Positions 26,963-39,530 of a DNA stretch of 64,000 bases are shown piece by piece. Source of the stretch: Eledone cirrhosa. Taxonomy: Eukaryota. The first letter of the stretch is position 1. Every line of letters starts with the position of its first letter. Where the stretch lies: NCBI GenBank assembly GCA_964016885.1, contig OZ024740.1, forward strand, positions 414,470,001 through 414,534,000, in the 5' to 3' direction. A model generated the notes under the pieces. That model ran no database searches, was not told the DNA's origin, and saw only the letters and a program-made list of their open reading frames with translations. The position numbers and the translations under genes were made by a program.

Positions 26963-27990
26963 GAGTTAAACTGAAGTACATGCATCAGTGGCCAAGTGAA
27001 AGTGTTATTACCTTTCAAATATATGTTCCTAGTTCATATCTGATGTAATACTATGTATATAAATAAATATGATCCCTGTCTAAAGTAGTGTAGATATGAA
27101 TATTGAAAACTGTTTTATCTCTAATGATAAGGTTGAGCGTCATCATCATCATCAACAGCATCAACAACATTTGACGTACATTTTCCATGTTGGAATGGAA
27201 TAGGTAGATACTTACATACCAGATCAGTACTTAATCTGAGCAACTATCCCCCCAGAGGGGTCAAGGCACAACATCTTGTTCAATACGTTCCAGGAGGTGG
27301 GGGAGTTGTCTTGTTTTTTAGGGAGCGGGGCACGATTTCTAAAATTAAGAAAACTATTGCCTCTGTTGACACCAAAAGGTTTCTCTCTATGAAGAAATGA
27401 TCAGCAGCTGTATGATGCCAGCATATGAAGTGTGATGTTACAGTATAGGCAGTAAACTGACTGCTGAGCCATGGAACAGCTCTTTATATGGAACATAAAT
27501 GGCACTACTAACAGTATCAAATGCAAAACAAAAGTACAGACTTAATCCACTGCCTGATTTAAAATCACAAACGTCAGTGGAATCCACTCAATTGTAAGCA
27601 TTTGGGCCGGCAATCCACTCTGAGGATACCTGCCTCGCATAATTTTTGGAGCTCCTGAAAAGGGTCATGGGTACTGCCATCCTTCTTAACTGACTGATAA
27701 AAAAATGGCTGATGGTATTTGTCAGAAGTAACTAGTCAATAGGAGAGTTCAGTAAGTTCATTTGTCATGACGACTGCTGCATGAAGGATGCTATGTCAAT
27801 CCTTGCCCTTCATACAGAAGCGAACAAATCTGTTATTGTAGGTAAAGTAAGCTATTGGCCATTATATAAAATGCTAAGAAGTAGGGCAGTACATACCTTG
27901 AAGTTTGCAGTCAACAGATAAGTCAACATACTATCATATAAATCAATTTTAACAGATGTAAAGTATTAAAACTATTTATTTACTACCCAC

Positions 27991-28110
27991 CTGTATTAAA
28001 CACATGTTTTCCATTTCATGGAAGTAATCCGTTGCATAATCCCAAACATCTTGCAGATGTTTGTCGGGATCGAAAATATTTCGAAGACTTTGTCCGTTGG
28101 GGTGTCGGAT
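27991..28110 (-). CDS. Host gene exon: UBX domain N-half (IRHPNGQSLRNIFDPDKHLQDVWDYATDYFHEMENMCLIQ)
   Basis: Acceptor ttactttcag|ATC and donor CAG|gtgggt. 120 nt, phase 0-0. Matches the UBX IR.P.G....F...L..V..Y pattern. Confidence 0.9.
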
Positions 28111-29060
28111 CTGAAAGTAAGAAAAGGTTTTCCATGATATAAAAATCAAAATAGAAAAACATATATACACACACACACATGTGCACACACACACATACAT
28201 ATCAATTTAAAACCCCAAAATCGAATCACACATACTATCAATATCAAGCCACACACCTATACACATCAATAATGTCATATACATACACACAAAAAGAATA
28301 TCAATTGAAATACTTGCACAACTAGAAGCCTCTATGTGGTTGCTTGACCAGCAAGAAATATCAGCCAAATTCCCCTTAACCCTTTAGCATTTAAACCAGC
28401 CATATCCGGCCATAATTCTCTCACCTCTTTCTGTTCAAACCAGCCATAACAAGCTGCTCATACTGATGTTAAGATATTGTCCTCAAAATAAATAATATCA
28501 AAATCTCATAGATTTTATATTATGTGATATGTTATGTGAGATTAAGCCTTTACCATAAAAATATAATAGTAAATATAGAGTAATGTTAATGATAAAGAAT
28601 TCAACTATTCTCTTCTGTATTACAAAGGAAAGTACATATGATGTAATGATAATGATGCTATATTAATATTAGTAGGGTGAATTAAGAAGAGTGACTTTGC
28701 TTGATTTGATTCATAACATTTAACGATTATTTCTTTAATGCCTTGTTTAGAGTAATATCGCATGCCAGAATACATGACAATATATATATAAGAATATATT
28801 TACATAAATGTGATGAATTGCTGTATGATACATTCCCAAGGGGACTACTTTGAAGGGGATGATGCCTGACTATAAGAAATAAATTATTTAGTGGATTACT
28901 AGCATATATGTCTGCGTGTGTGCGCGAAACAGTAGACATATATATATATTATATATATATATGTGTGTGTGTATGTGTGTGTCTACTGTCTCACACACAC
29001 ACATATATGCTCTTTATAATTTATGTTCTTCAAACTTATAATTTATATATATATATATAT

Positions 29061-29671
29061 ATGCATGAAAGACGACAGCTGTATAAAAAAATTGCAGGGC
29101 AATCAAAATTGATGGAAGTTACGGAGTAGGTAGACCCAGAAAAACCTGGGACGACTTAATAAATTCCGACCATGCACACTGGCATCTCTCTAAGACAATG
29201 TCACTTGATCGAGATTTTTGGCGCCACACAGTAATACAGAAGAACCGCCTTCCCTACGTGCAAAGCTAACCTACAGTCAGTAGGCCCCTCCAATCCAAAC
29301 ACACACCACAACCCACTACCCCTACTCCATCCTCCCACTCCCACCAACACCACCCTTTCTCTATAAAGTTATGTTGGTACCACAACATCCAGTCCAAACT
29401 AATGAGGTCAAGTAAGTGTCACGACAAAAACAAAAAAAATAAAAATACACAGACTACGCTGTAATGTGGTCATGTATGTAACATGGTAAAAAGCTCCCAG
29501 TCCACACTGTAAATGTGGTTGGTGTTAGGAAGGGCATCCAGCCGTAGAAAACCTGCCAGATAGTCCTATACGAGTGACACATGGTCACCCGACCAATCTT
29601 GCCTCAAATGGGACAATTCCCGTCTAACCCATGTTAGCGTGGAAGATAGACGTTAAACGATGATGATGATG
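29061..29671 (+). mobile_element. Diverged RTE-A 3' fragment
   Basis: Homologous to 20050-20620; (TA)n at the 5' junction. Confidence 0.88.
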
Positions 29672-29893
29672 CAAAAGGCAAACAGAAATAAAGCAAATAA
29701 CACAATATACAATGAAGAAGAAAATAAAAATATATACATATATATAACAAATTGATAGAGATGATAGAGAAGAGTTCTCAAATCATTTAATACTTTACAA
29801 TTGTTTCAATACATCACTAAAAAGATGTAGCTTTTAATTGAGGAATACATTCCATTTACTCTGCTTTCTTTTCATTAACTTGTGATTGTACTG

Positions 29894-30028
29894 ATGCTTC
29901 TGAAGATGTACAACAATCAATGATACTTAGCTAGGTTCAATATATTTTTTTTTCCTTCACTTCATTGTTTAATTATATTGTCCTGAGTGATATTTACTGA
30001 GTGATGTCTTGAAACAATTCTAAAGCAT
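29894..30028 (+). ncRNA. Hammerhead motif in a foldback PLE remnant (29740-30267, split by a SINE)
   Basis: atgctt-CTGAAGA-(long stem II)-GAAA-CAATTC-TA-aagcat. The inverted arm near 29790-29805 keeps GAAACAATTGTA. Confidence 0.65.
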
Positions 30029-30389
30029 TAAATGATTTTGGATTGGCAATATCGGTAGAGGGTCGGACGCCATGCTTTCCAGCATAGTTACGTCCCTTTA
30101 CGATCTAAGTTCAAATCCCGTCGAGGTTGACTTTGCCTTTCATCCTTATGGGGTCGATAATATAAAGTACCAGTAATGCACTGGGTAATTTGCTGGCCTT
30201 GTGCCTAAAGTAGAAACAATTAAATGATTTAAGAACTCTTTTCTATCATCTGAATTTGTTGTATATATTCTGTGTCACTTTTCTTCTATCCATGACTCAT
30301 GCCTTTTCTATATTTCTGACTATAACATAAAAGCATTGATCTTAAATATATTATTGATTAGTAATTTTTAAATTCTCCTCAGTTAACAC

Positions 30390-30426
<37 letters not shown>

Positions 30427-30430
<4 letters not shown>

Positions 30431-31650
30431 AATTAGTATATCTAGTAACATATATATACACAGATGCATACTTATGCTAGCAAATATATAGGTTTTGTCT
30501 TAGTAACTTTGTGGTTCAATGCATGGGGTTGCAGAACAATAATATGAGAGACGTAAAATAAGAAAATTATAAAATAAACTTACTTACTAAAATTTCACTC
30601 CCAACTAATTAGTTTCTGAAAGGGAATAAACATACTTTCCGAAGAAGCGTACGGAGAAGCCTTTCGTCATCAGGGAAGTCTATTCTCAGCTAAGTTTCCA
30701 GGCAATACGTGGACTCAGGGAACTTATACAAAAATAATTCAGTGGATGGAAAAAAGCAAAGCGTGGACTAAATTCCAAGCCATTGAGAAAATCACTGCCT
30801 ACTGCGTCGGTGGCAAATTCAAAAGAATCAATCACGTGACATCGAGGTCAATCAGTGGAGAGTGGTTTGTTAAGAAGACAGCAGCCGGACTGTTACTGTA
30901 GCAGCAGTTTTGGCCAATTTTTGCTCGACAAATAATTTGGAGATAATTATAAAGAATTAGTATATCTACTAACATATATATACACAGATGCATACTTATG
31001 CTAGCAAATATATAGGTTTTGTCTTAGTAACTTTGTGGTTCAATGCATGGGGTTGCAAAACAATAATATGAGAGATGTAAAATAAGTAAATTATAAAATT
31101 AACTTACTTACTAAAATTTACGTCTCTCATATTATTGTTCTGCAACCCCATGCATTGAACCACAAAGTTACTAAAACAAAACCTATATATTTGCTAGCAT
31201 AAGTATGCATCTGTGTATATATATGTTACTAGATATACTAATTCTTTATAATTATCTCCAAATTATTTGTCGAGCAAAAATTGGCCAAAACTGCTGCTAT
31301 AGTAACAGTCTGGCTGCTGTCTTCTTAACAAACCACTCTCCACTGATTGACCTCGATGTCACGTGATTGATTCTTTTGAATTTGCCACCGACGCAGTAGG
31401 CAGTGATTTTCTCAATGGCTTGGAATTTAGTCCACGCTTTGCTTTTTTCCATCCACTGAATTATTTTTGTATAAGTTCCCTGTGTCCACGTATTGCCTGG
31501 AAACTTAGCTGAGAATAGACTTCCCTGATAACGAAAGGCTTCTCCGTACGCTTCTTCGGAAAGTATGTTTATTCCCTTTCAGAAACTAATTAGTTGGAAG
31601 TGAAATTTTAGTAAGTAAGTTAATTTTATAATTTTCTTATTTTACGTCTC

Positions 31651-31652
<2 letters not shown>
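30427..31652. mobile_element. Non-coding PLE/retrozyme-like element: 524-bp unit + partial direct repeat + inverted copy
   Basis: Unit 30427-30950; direct repeat 30951-31119; inverted permuted copy 31120-31652. Confidence 0.8.
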
Positions 31653-31686
<34 letters not shown>

Positions 31687-31826
31687 ACGTTTAACGTCCA
31701 TGTTCCACGCTTGCATGGGTTTGGACGGGGGTTTCCCACTTGAGTCAAGAGTGATTATCTTGCTCGCATAGGACTATCTGGCGGGTTTTCTACAGCTGGA
31801 TGCCCTTCCTAACACCAACCACATTT
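31653..31826 (-). mobile_element. RTE-A extreme 3' fragment
   Basis: (CAT)n tail plus 3' UTR identity. Confidence 0.85.
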
Positions 31827-31920
31827 ATATATATATATATAAGTAAGTTATTCCGGGTTGAATCGGAGTTAACCACAGTAAGTAAGGTACTCAATACATA
31901 GCAGAGTATAAAAGTTTTAA

Positions 31921-32196
<276 letters not shown>

Positions 32197-33364
32197 CTTT
32201 ATTTATTTCCTGCGTTTCATTAAAATAATAGATCTAGTTCTCACTAATATGTGTGTGTGTGTTGTGAGGGAAGGAGTGTGGCTTGGCGTTCTATAACAAC
32301 TGATATGAAGGCTCCTCCCCATCCTCAGAAGATTCGGAAAATGATACCACTACTGACTATATTGAAGATGAGGAAATTTAATTCCAAGCACTCTAGGAAT
32401 GGTGACAAATTCCGGCGCCCCATGTGCAACTCAGATTGTCCTCAGATGGTCCGTCATCGATCTAACGCATATTAGATAATTATTAATAGCAGTGGTAATA
32501 ATTGTTTCTACTTTTGGCACAAGGCCAGCAATTACCCAGTGTATTACTGGTACTTTATTTTATCGACTCCGTAAGGATGAAAGGCAAAGTTAACCTCGGC
32601 AGGATTTGAACTCAGAATGGCAAGGGCCGTAACTCTATGCATCAAAGCATGGCGTCCGACCCTCTGTAATAATGATCATGATGATAAAACTGTGTGGGAT
32701 GGGTACAAATGCAAGTATACTAGAAGAAATAAAAGATAAGATGTAATAAAATTATGTAAAGTTTCAAATAAAATTAAATTAAATTAAGTACTTAGATAGT
32801 GGTGGGTCTTCTGAGTCGCTCAATAATGATTTCTTATATAGGCACAAGGCCAGCCATTTTGGGGGACGGGATAGTCGATTAAATCGACCCCAGTGCGTGA
32901 CTGGTACTTTATTTTATCGACCCCATAAGAATGAAAGGCAAAGTTAACCTCGGCAGAATTTGAACTCAGATCGTAAACGACCGTAACTCTATACTGCAAA
33001 GCATGGTGTCCGACCCTCTACCGATACTGCCAATCCACCGCCCTTGAGTCGCTCAATAATAATAAGTAATATAATATAATTTTATACTGTAGGATAAGAT
33101 ATGCAAATATAGAAATTTGTATTATGTAGTATCAGAATCGATACAAATAGTGAATATTACAGTGTTTTGGTAATTATAGCACTGTATCTATCTCCTGCAT
33201 AGGTTGTGTGTGTAGAATTAGTTCCACAACAGTTAGTTCACCATTACCGCGAACAATTGTTTTACCTTATTCAGATCATCAGCTCGGTCAAAAAAACTAT
33301 ACAAACATACATATATATATATATCATCAAACCGATGATGAGAATAACATATACATATACATAT

Positions 33365-33670
33365 TCAAAGGGCTTCTTTAACAGAGTTGGAGGGTAGACT
33401 GTATGATGCTTTTGTACAGACTGCGATGCTACATGGAGGTGAGAGATTGGCCATGAGTTCAGAAGATCTGCAAGGCCTAGAAAGGAATGAAGTGAACATG
33501 CTCTGGAGGATGGGTAACAATAGTGTCCATGAACAATGTAGTATAAGTGGGATGAGAGAAAAACACTGCATAAGAGGATTCCAATGAAGTTTGCAAGAGC
33601 AAAGTATGAAAGATGACAGCAGCCTAAAGAAGTGCAGAGAAATGAATGGGTCCCATGGAAGTAATATCAG
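33365..33670 (+). mobile_element. Old degenerate RTE fragment
   Basis: GRLYDAFVQTAMLHG...LERNE..MLW.M matches the RTE C-terminal region. Confidence 0.75.
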
Positions 33671-34180
33671 CAAAACATTGAAATAAACAGTCACTAGTGA
33701 TATTGAATATTATTTTGACCCTAAAACCAGTATTGAGTCAATTATTAGTGTTTATCTAGTGCATGCAAATACATAATCCTATAAAACAAGCCATTATATT
33801 ATATTATATATATATAATCATCATTTTCATCATCATTTTACGTCCGCTTTTCCCTGCTTGCAAGGGTGGGACGGGAACTGATTCTAGCTTGATTTCTACA
33901 GCTGGATGCCCTTCCTAACACCAACTTCATTTACAGAGAGTGCTGGGTGCTTTTTTGCCGTGGCACCTCCACGACCACTTTGCAGTGGAATGATAGGGAC
34001 CCCAGTCCCTATCATCTCATTTCTACAGCTGAGTAAACTGGAGCAATGTGAAATAGAGTGTCTTGCTCAAGTAAACAACACATCACCCAGTCTGAGAATT
34101 GAACTCACAACCTTTCGATTGCAGGGCTCTAACCACTAAGCCATGTACCTCCATGAAATATATACAGAAATATATATATA

Positions 34181-36423
34181 TAGGATTGCTAGGCAATGCG
34201 TCAAGGAAAACCGTGATATTGTCGGGGAGAAGTGTGTACTTAACGATGATGGCATACTTGCCATCACCGACACTGATAAGAAGGCAGCTTGGAAGTGTCA
34301 CTATGAAAGGCTACTAAATGAGGAGAATAAATGGGAGAAAGACAGTCTCCCCCATGTCGACCCAATAGAGGGACCAGCAGTGTTAGTCGAGGGGAGTATA
34401 ATAAGTAAGGCAATCAAGGATATGAAGACAGGTAAGGCGGCTGGGCCTTCGGAAATAGTTGCTGAGATGCTGAAAGCCTCTGGAACGGTGGGACACACCA
34501 TGGTCACCCGCATAGTTAACCAAGTCGTACAGAATGGGGTTGTTCCGAAGGACTGGCATAGCAGCATCATCGTTAACTGTTATAAGGGTAAAGGAGACGC
34601 CCTAGATAGGAGTAACTATAGAGGCATTAAATTAATCGACCAGGTCATGAAGGTCACAGAAAAAGTAATAGCGCAACTAATCAGAGAGAGAATTGACCTA
34701 GATGAAATGCAGTTCGGGTTTGTGTCAGGCAAAAGTACCACAGACGCTCTTTTCATAGTACGACAACTACAGGAGAAGTACCTAGCTAAAGGTAAACCCC
34801 TCTACTTAGCTTTTGTCGACTTGGAGAAAGCCTTCGACAGAGTCCCCCGCTCCATTATCTGGTGGGCTCTTAGAAAACTAGGCGTTGACGAATGGCTTGT
34901 GAGGGCTATACAAGCCATGTATAAAGAAACAGTCAGCAAGGTTAGAATTAACAACGAATATAGTGAAGAGTTTAGCGTAAAAGTTGGCGTCCATCAGGGC
35001 TCTGTTCTCAGCCCCCTACTATTTATTATTGCCCTTCAGGCTATAACAGAGGAGTTCAAGACAGGCTGCCCATGGGAACTCCTATACGCAGACGACCTGA
35101 CACTCATAGCGGAATCAATGGCCGAGCTAGAGAAGAAATTCCAAACATGGAAGCACGGCCTAGAGTCAAAAGGACTTAAAAAAAAAAAAAAATTAACCTG
35201 GCTAAGACCAAAGTTCTAGTTTGTAGGAAAGAAAACAAGGCGGCGGTCCCTTCTGGGAAATGGTCGTGCTCGGTGTGTAGGAAAGGCGTAGGTAGAAACT
35301 CCATTTTGTGTCCTAAATGCAAAGTATGGGTGCATAAAAGATGTAGTGGGATCACAGGTAAGCTAACTAAGAACATAGATTTTACATGTGGCCGGTGTTC
35401 TGGTGCAATAAGTAGCAGCAAGTGCCCACACAATACTAGCTCTTTCAATTGCGCAGAGGGTTCTATAGAAATAGTGGACAGCTTCCGTTACCTGGGCGAT
35501 AAAATCAGCAGTGGGGGAGGGTGCTCTGAAAGTACTGTAGCTAGAGTCAGAACTGGTTGGAAAAAGTTCAGAGAGCTTATACCACTATTAGCTGCTAAAG
35601 GGTTCTCCCTAAAAATGAAAGGCAGGTTGTACGATGCCTGCATACGAACAGCAATGTTGCATGGCAGTGAGACCTGGGCATTGTGTGCAGAGGATATACG
35701 CAGACTAGAGAGGAACGAAGCTTGCATGCTCCGCTGGATGTGTAACAGTAATATACGTGAACGGCAAAGCATAAACGAACTAAGGAAAAAATTAGAGATA
35801 AGAGGGATCAGATGTTGTTTACTCGAGAGAAGGCTACGTTGGTATGGACACGTGATGCGCATGAAAGTCGATAGCTGTATAACAAAGTGCAGGGCAATAA
35901 AGATAGACGGTAGCCACGGAATAGGCAGACCTAGAAAAACCTGGGACGAGCTGATAAACTCCGACCTCACACACTTACACCTCTCCAAGACAATGTCACT
36001 GGACCGAGACCTTTGGCGGTACTCAGTAACAGAGAAGACCCGCCTTGCCAGTAGGCATCTCTAACAAAATACACCCCGTCCCACCACCACCACCCCCACC
36101 CCATCCACACCACCCCGTCCTATGTAAAGTTATGTTGGTGCCGCGCCATCCGGGCCGAAACAAATGAGATCGTGTAGGTGTCACGACAAAAAAACACACA
36201 GTCCACGCTGTAATGTGGCCGTGTAGGCAACACGGTAAAAACCTCCCAGACCCACACTGTAAATGTGGTTGGTGTTAGGAAGGGCATCCAACTGTAGAAA
36301 ACCTGCCAGACAGTCCTATGCGAGCAAGACAATCACTCTTGCCTCAAGTGGGACTACCCCCGTCCAAACCCATGCAAGCGTGGAACACGGACGTTAAACG
36401 TTGATGATGATGATGATGATGAT
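34181..36423 (+). mobile_element. RTE-A LINE, 5'-truncated
   Basis: ORFs 34143-35219 and 35273-36064, broken by an expanded A-run at ~35180; (TA)n on both sides. Confidence 0.93.
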
Positions 36424-36432
36424 ATATATATA

Positions 36433-36550
<118 letters not shown>

Positions 36551-36559
36551 AATATATAC

Positions 36560-37030
36560 ATAGAAATTAGAATAATATCTAAACATAGAAATGACCCAGC
36601 AGATAGGCAAATCAGAGAGGCCAGTGAAATAGAACTTAGAAAGCCAAGGCTAAACAGAAAAAATGAATGGAATAACAACACCCAAACAAAAAACACTGAC
36701 CAAAGAGAAGTATAAATAAATAAATAAATAGATAAATAAATAAATAAGTACATACACAAGCACAATAACAACAAACACATATAAACACACACTAGTAAAG
36801 ATAGAATACATTAACCAATACACAGTCACCCAATCACGAACACACATCAAACAAAACACTATACAGACACGCAAACGCATGCACAAAGAAAACAAAAAAA
36901 ACAAAACAAATAAATAAATATATAAACAGACTAAATAAAGATGGCGTAGAAAATACAATGCAACGGGAGGAAACAATAGCACCACTGACGATGTTGCAGA
37001 TGTGCAAGGAAGGAACTTTGATAAACTATA
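36560..37030 (+). mobile_element. Penelope-like 3' remnant (GIY-YIG C-terminus)
   Basis: [32 protein letters not shown] fits the R.I.EA..I....P.LNR end of PLE endonucleases; CTGACGA lies downstream at ~36986. Confidence 0.6.
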
Positions 37031-37415
37031 TATATGTGTTTGTGTCTATATTGTATCTGTATTTTTGACCGTTGGTCAGTCAATGGCAACATTGAGGACC
37101 GAATAAATTAAATTAACCGATTTAAAAGACACAGAAGCGAAAACCAACCAAACAGTGAGTGTGTTCTGTTATTAATTCTGGCAATATTACACAAATATGA
37201 CCCTCGCCAAGTATAACAATATATACAAATATATACAAATATATATATATATATATATACAAATATATATATAAGAGCATTGAAGTTTGCTTGAAGCATT
37301 GTGGAATAATAAGGTAAATTTCTTTAAGTCGTTTGGAAGCCTCGACAATGCAGATGGGTAAATCTCCGGGTAACAATGAATATATATATATACAAATATA
37401 TATATATATATATAT

Positions 37416-37454
<39 letters not shown>

Positions 37455-37647
37455 TATATATATATATACAAATATATATATATATATACAAATATATATA
37501 TATATATATATATATACAAACCTCCCAGACCCACACTGTAAATGTGGTTGGTGTTAGGAAGGGCATCCAACTGTAGAAAACCTGCCAGACAGTCCTATAT
37601 ATATTTGTGTATATATATATATATATATTTGTGTATATATATATATA

Positions 37648-38745
37648 TAAGTATGTACACGTACATACATATATGTATACCGACGTACAGTAGTATGTAT
37701 ATATATATATACATACATGCACACATATATATATGCACGTATTGATTCACCGAACATTTATTATAATGCTCGGTGTGTTTGTAAACAAACATCCCGTATT
37801 AAGCCGTAGTGTCTAGCAACCACCGTTGCTCGTTTGTTCAACACTGACAAAGGAACGCTGTACTAGTTTCAAGCTTGTTAGCTATCGTCAGCAACGTATA
37901 CCTTCCTGCCAGATTGTTGAACGTATATACTTACCTTATGCATATTAACGGCTGAGTAGCCCAATTTGCATATCGAGTGGGTTAATCGGCCGGGTGCACC
38001 GAAAACGATAAACGGAAAAAATGAAACGATATTTCATTTCCTACTCTTAGTACGGCTGTTACTTAAATATAAGTATGTACATGTACATACATATATGTAT
38101 ACCGACGTACAGTAGTATGTATATATATATATATACATACATGCACACATATATATATGCACGTATGGATTCACCGAACATTTATTATAATGCTCGGTGT
38201 GTTTGTAAACAAACATCCTGTATTAAGCCGTAGTGTCTAGCAACCACCGTTGCTCGTTTGTTCAACACTGACAAAGGAACGCTGTATTAGTTTCAAGCTT
38301 GTTAGCTATAGTCAGCAACGTATACCTTCCTGCCAGATTGTTGAACGTGGGAAATGAAATATCGTTTCATTTTTTCCGTTTATCGTTTTCGGTGCACCAG
38401 ACCGATTAACCCACTCGATATGCAAATTGGGCTACTCAGCCGTTAATATGCATAAGGTAAGTATATACGTTCAACAATCTGGCAGGAAGGTATACGTTGC
38501 TGACTATAGCTAACAAGCTTGAAACTAGTACAGCGTTCCTTTGTCAGTGTTGAACAAACGAGCAACTGTGGTTGCTAGACACTACAGCTTAATACGGAAT
38601 GTTTGTTTACAAACACACCGAGCATTATAATAAATGTTCGGTGAATCCATACGTGCATATATATATGTGTGCATGTATGTATATATATATATACATACTA
38701 CTGTACGTCGGTATACATATATGTATGTACGTGTACATACTTATA
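37648..38745. mobile_element. Non-coding hammerhead-bearing element: ~424-bp unit + partial direct repeat + inverted copy
   Basis: Direct-repeat offset 424 (37856 vs 38280); inverted arm 38349-38745; related to 53585-54230. Confidence 0.85.
37856..37896 (-). ncRNA. Minimal type I hammerhead ribozyme, intact core
   Basis: cgttg-CTGACGA-t agct aaca agct t-GAAA-CTAG-TA-cagcg. Core-mutated copies at 38280-38320(-) and 38495-38535(+). Confidence 0.82.
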
Positions 38746-38810
38746 TATATATATATACACAAATATATATATATATATATACACAAATATATATATATAT
38801 ATATATACAA

Positions 38811-38841
<31 letters not shown>

Positions 38842-39182
38842 CAAATATATATATATACAAATATATATATATATATACAAATATATATATATATATATAT
38901 ACAAATATATATATATATATATATACAAATATATATATATATATATATACAAATATATATATATATATATACAAATATATATATATATATATACAAATAT
39001 ATATATATATATATATACAAATATATATATATATATATATATACAAATATATATATATATATATACAAATATATATATATACAAATATATATATATATAT
39101 ACAAATATATATATATACAAATATATAAATATATATATATATATAAATATATATATACGAATATATATATATATATATATAT
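38746..39182. repeat. (TA)n punctuated by CAAA every ~16-24 bp; similar at 37220-37517
   Basis: Seen directly. Confidence 0.95.
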
Positions 39183-39530
39183 GTAGATAAATCTACCAAA
39201 ATGTACGGTAGTGTCCAATCCGTATGAAGAACTCAATGTATGGGGATATTCTTATTTTTGTATATATATGTATGTGTATGTGTGTATATATATGTATAAC
39301 TTTATAACTCCATATATATATATATAGTTGAGCTCTTTTTCTTGTCCATTATCCATATCACAATGGAAAAACAATACTTGGGAACTTCTTTAAAGAATAT
39401 ACCATTACCTTCTATCTTTCTATTGGTCAATTCAAAACATGTTCCCAAACAGACCTATTGTATTAAATCTTTGTTGGTTTTTTTCAATAAACAAATATCA
39501 TTATTTCTGAAGACAGCATATATATGTGTA

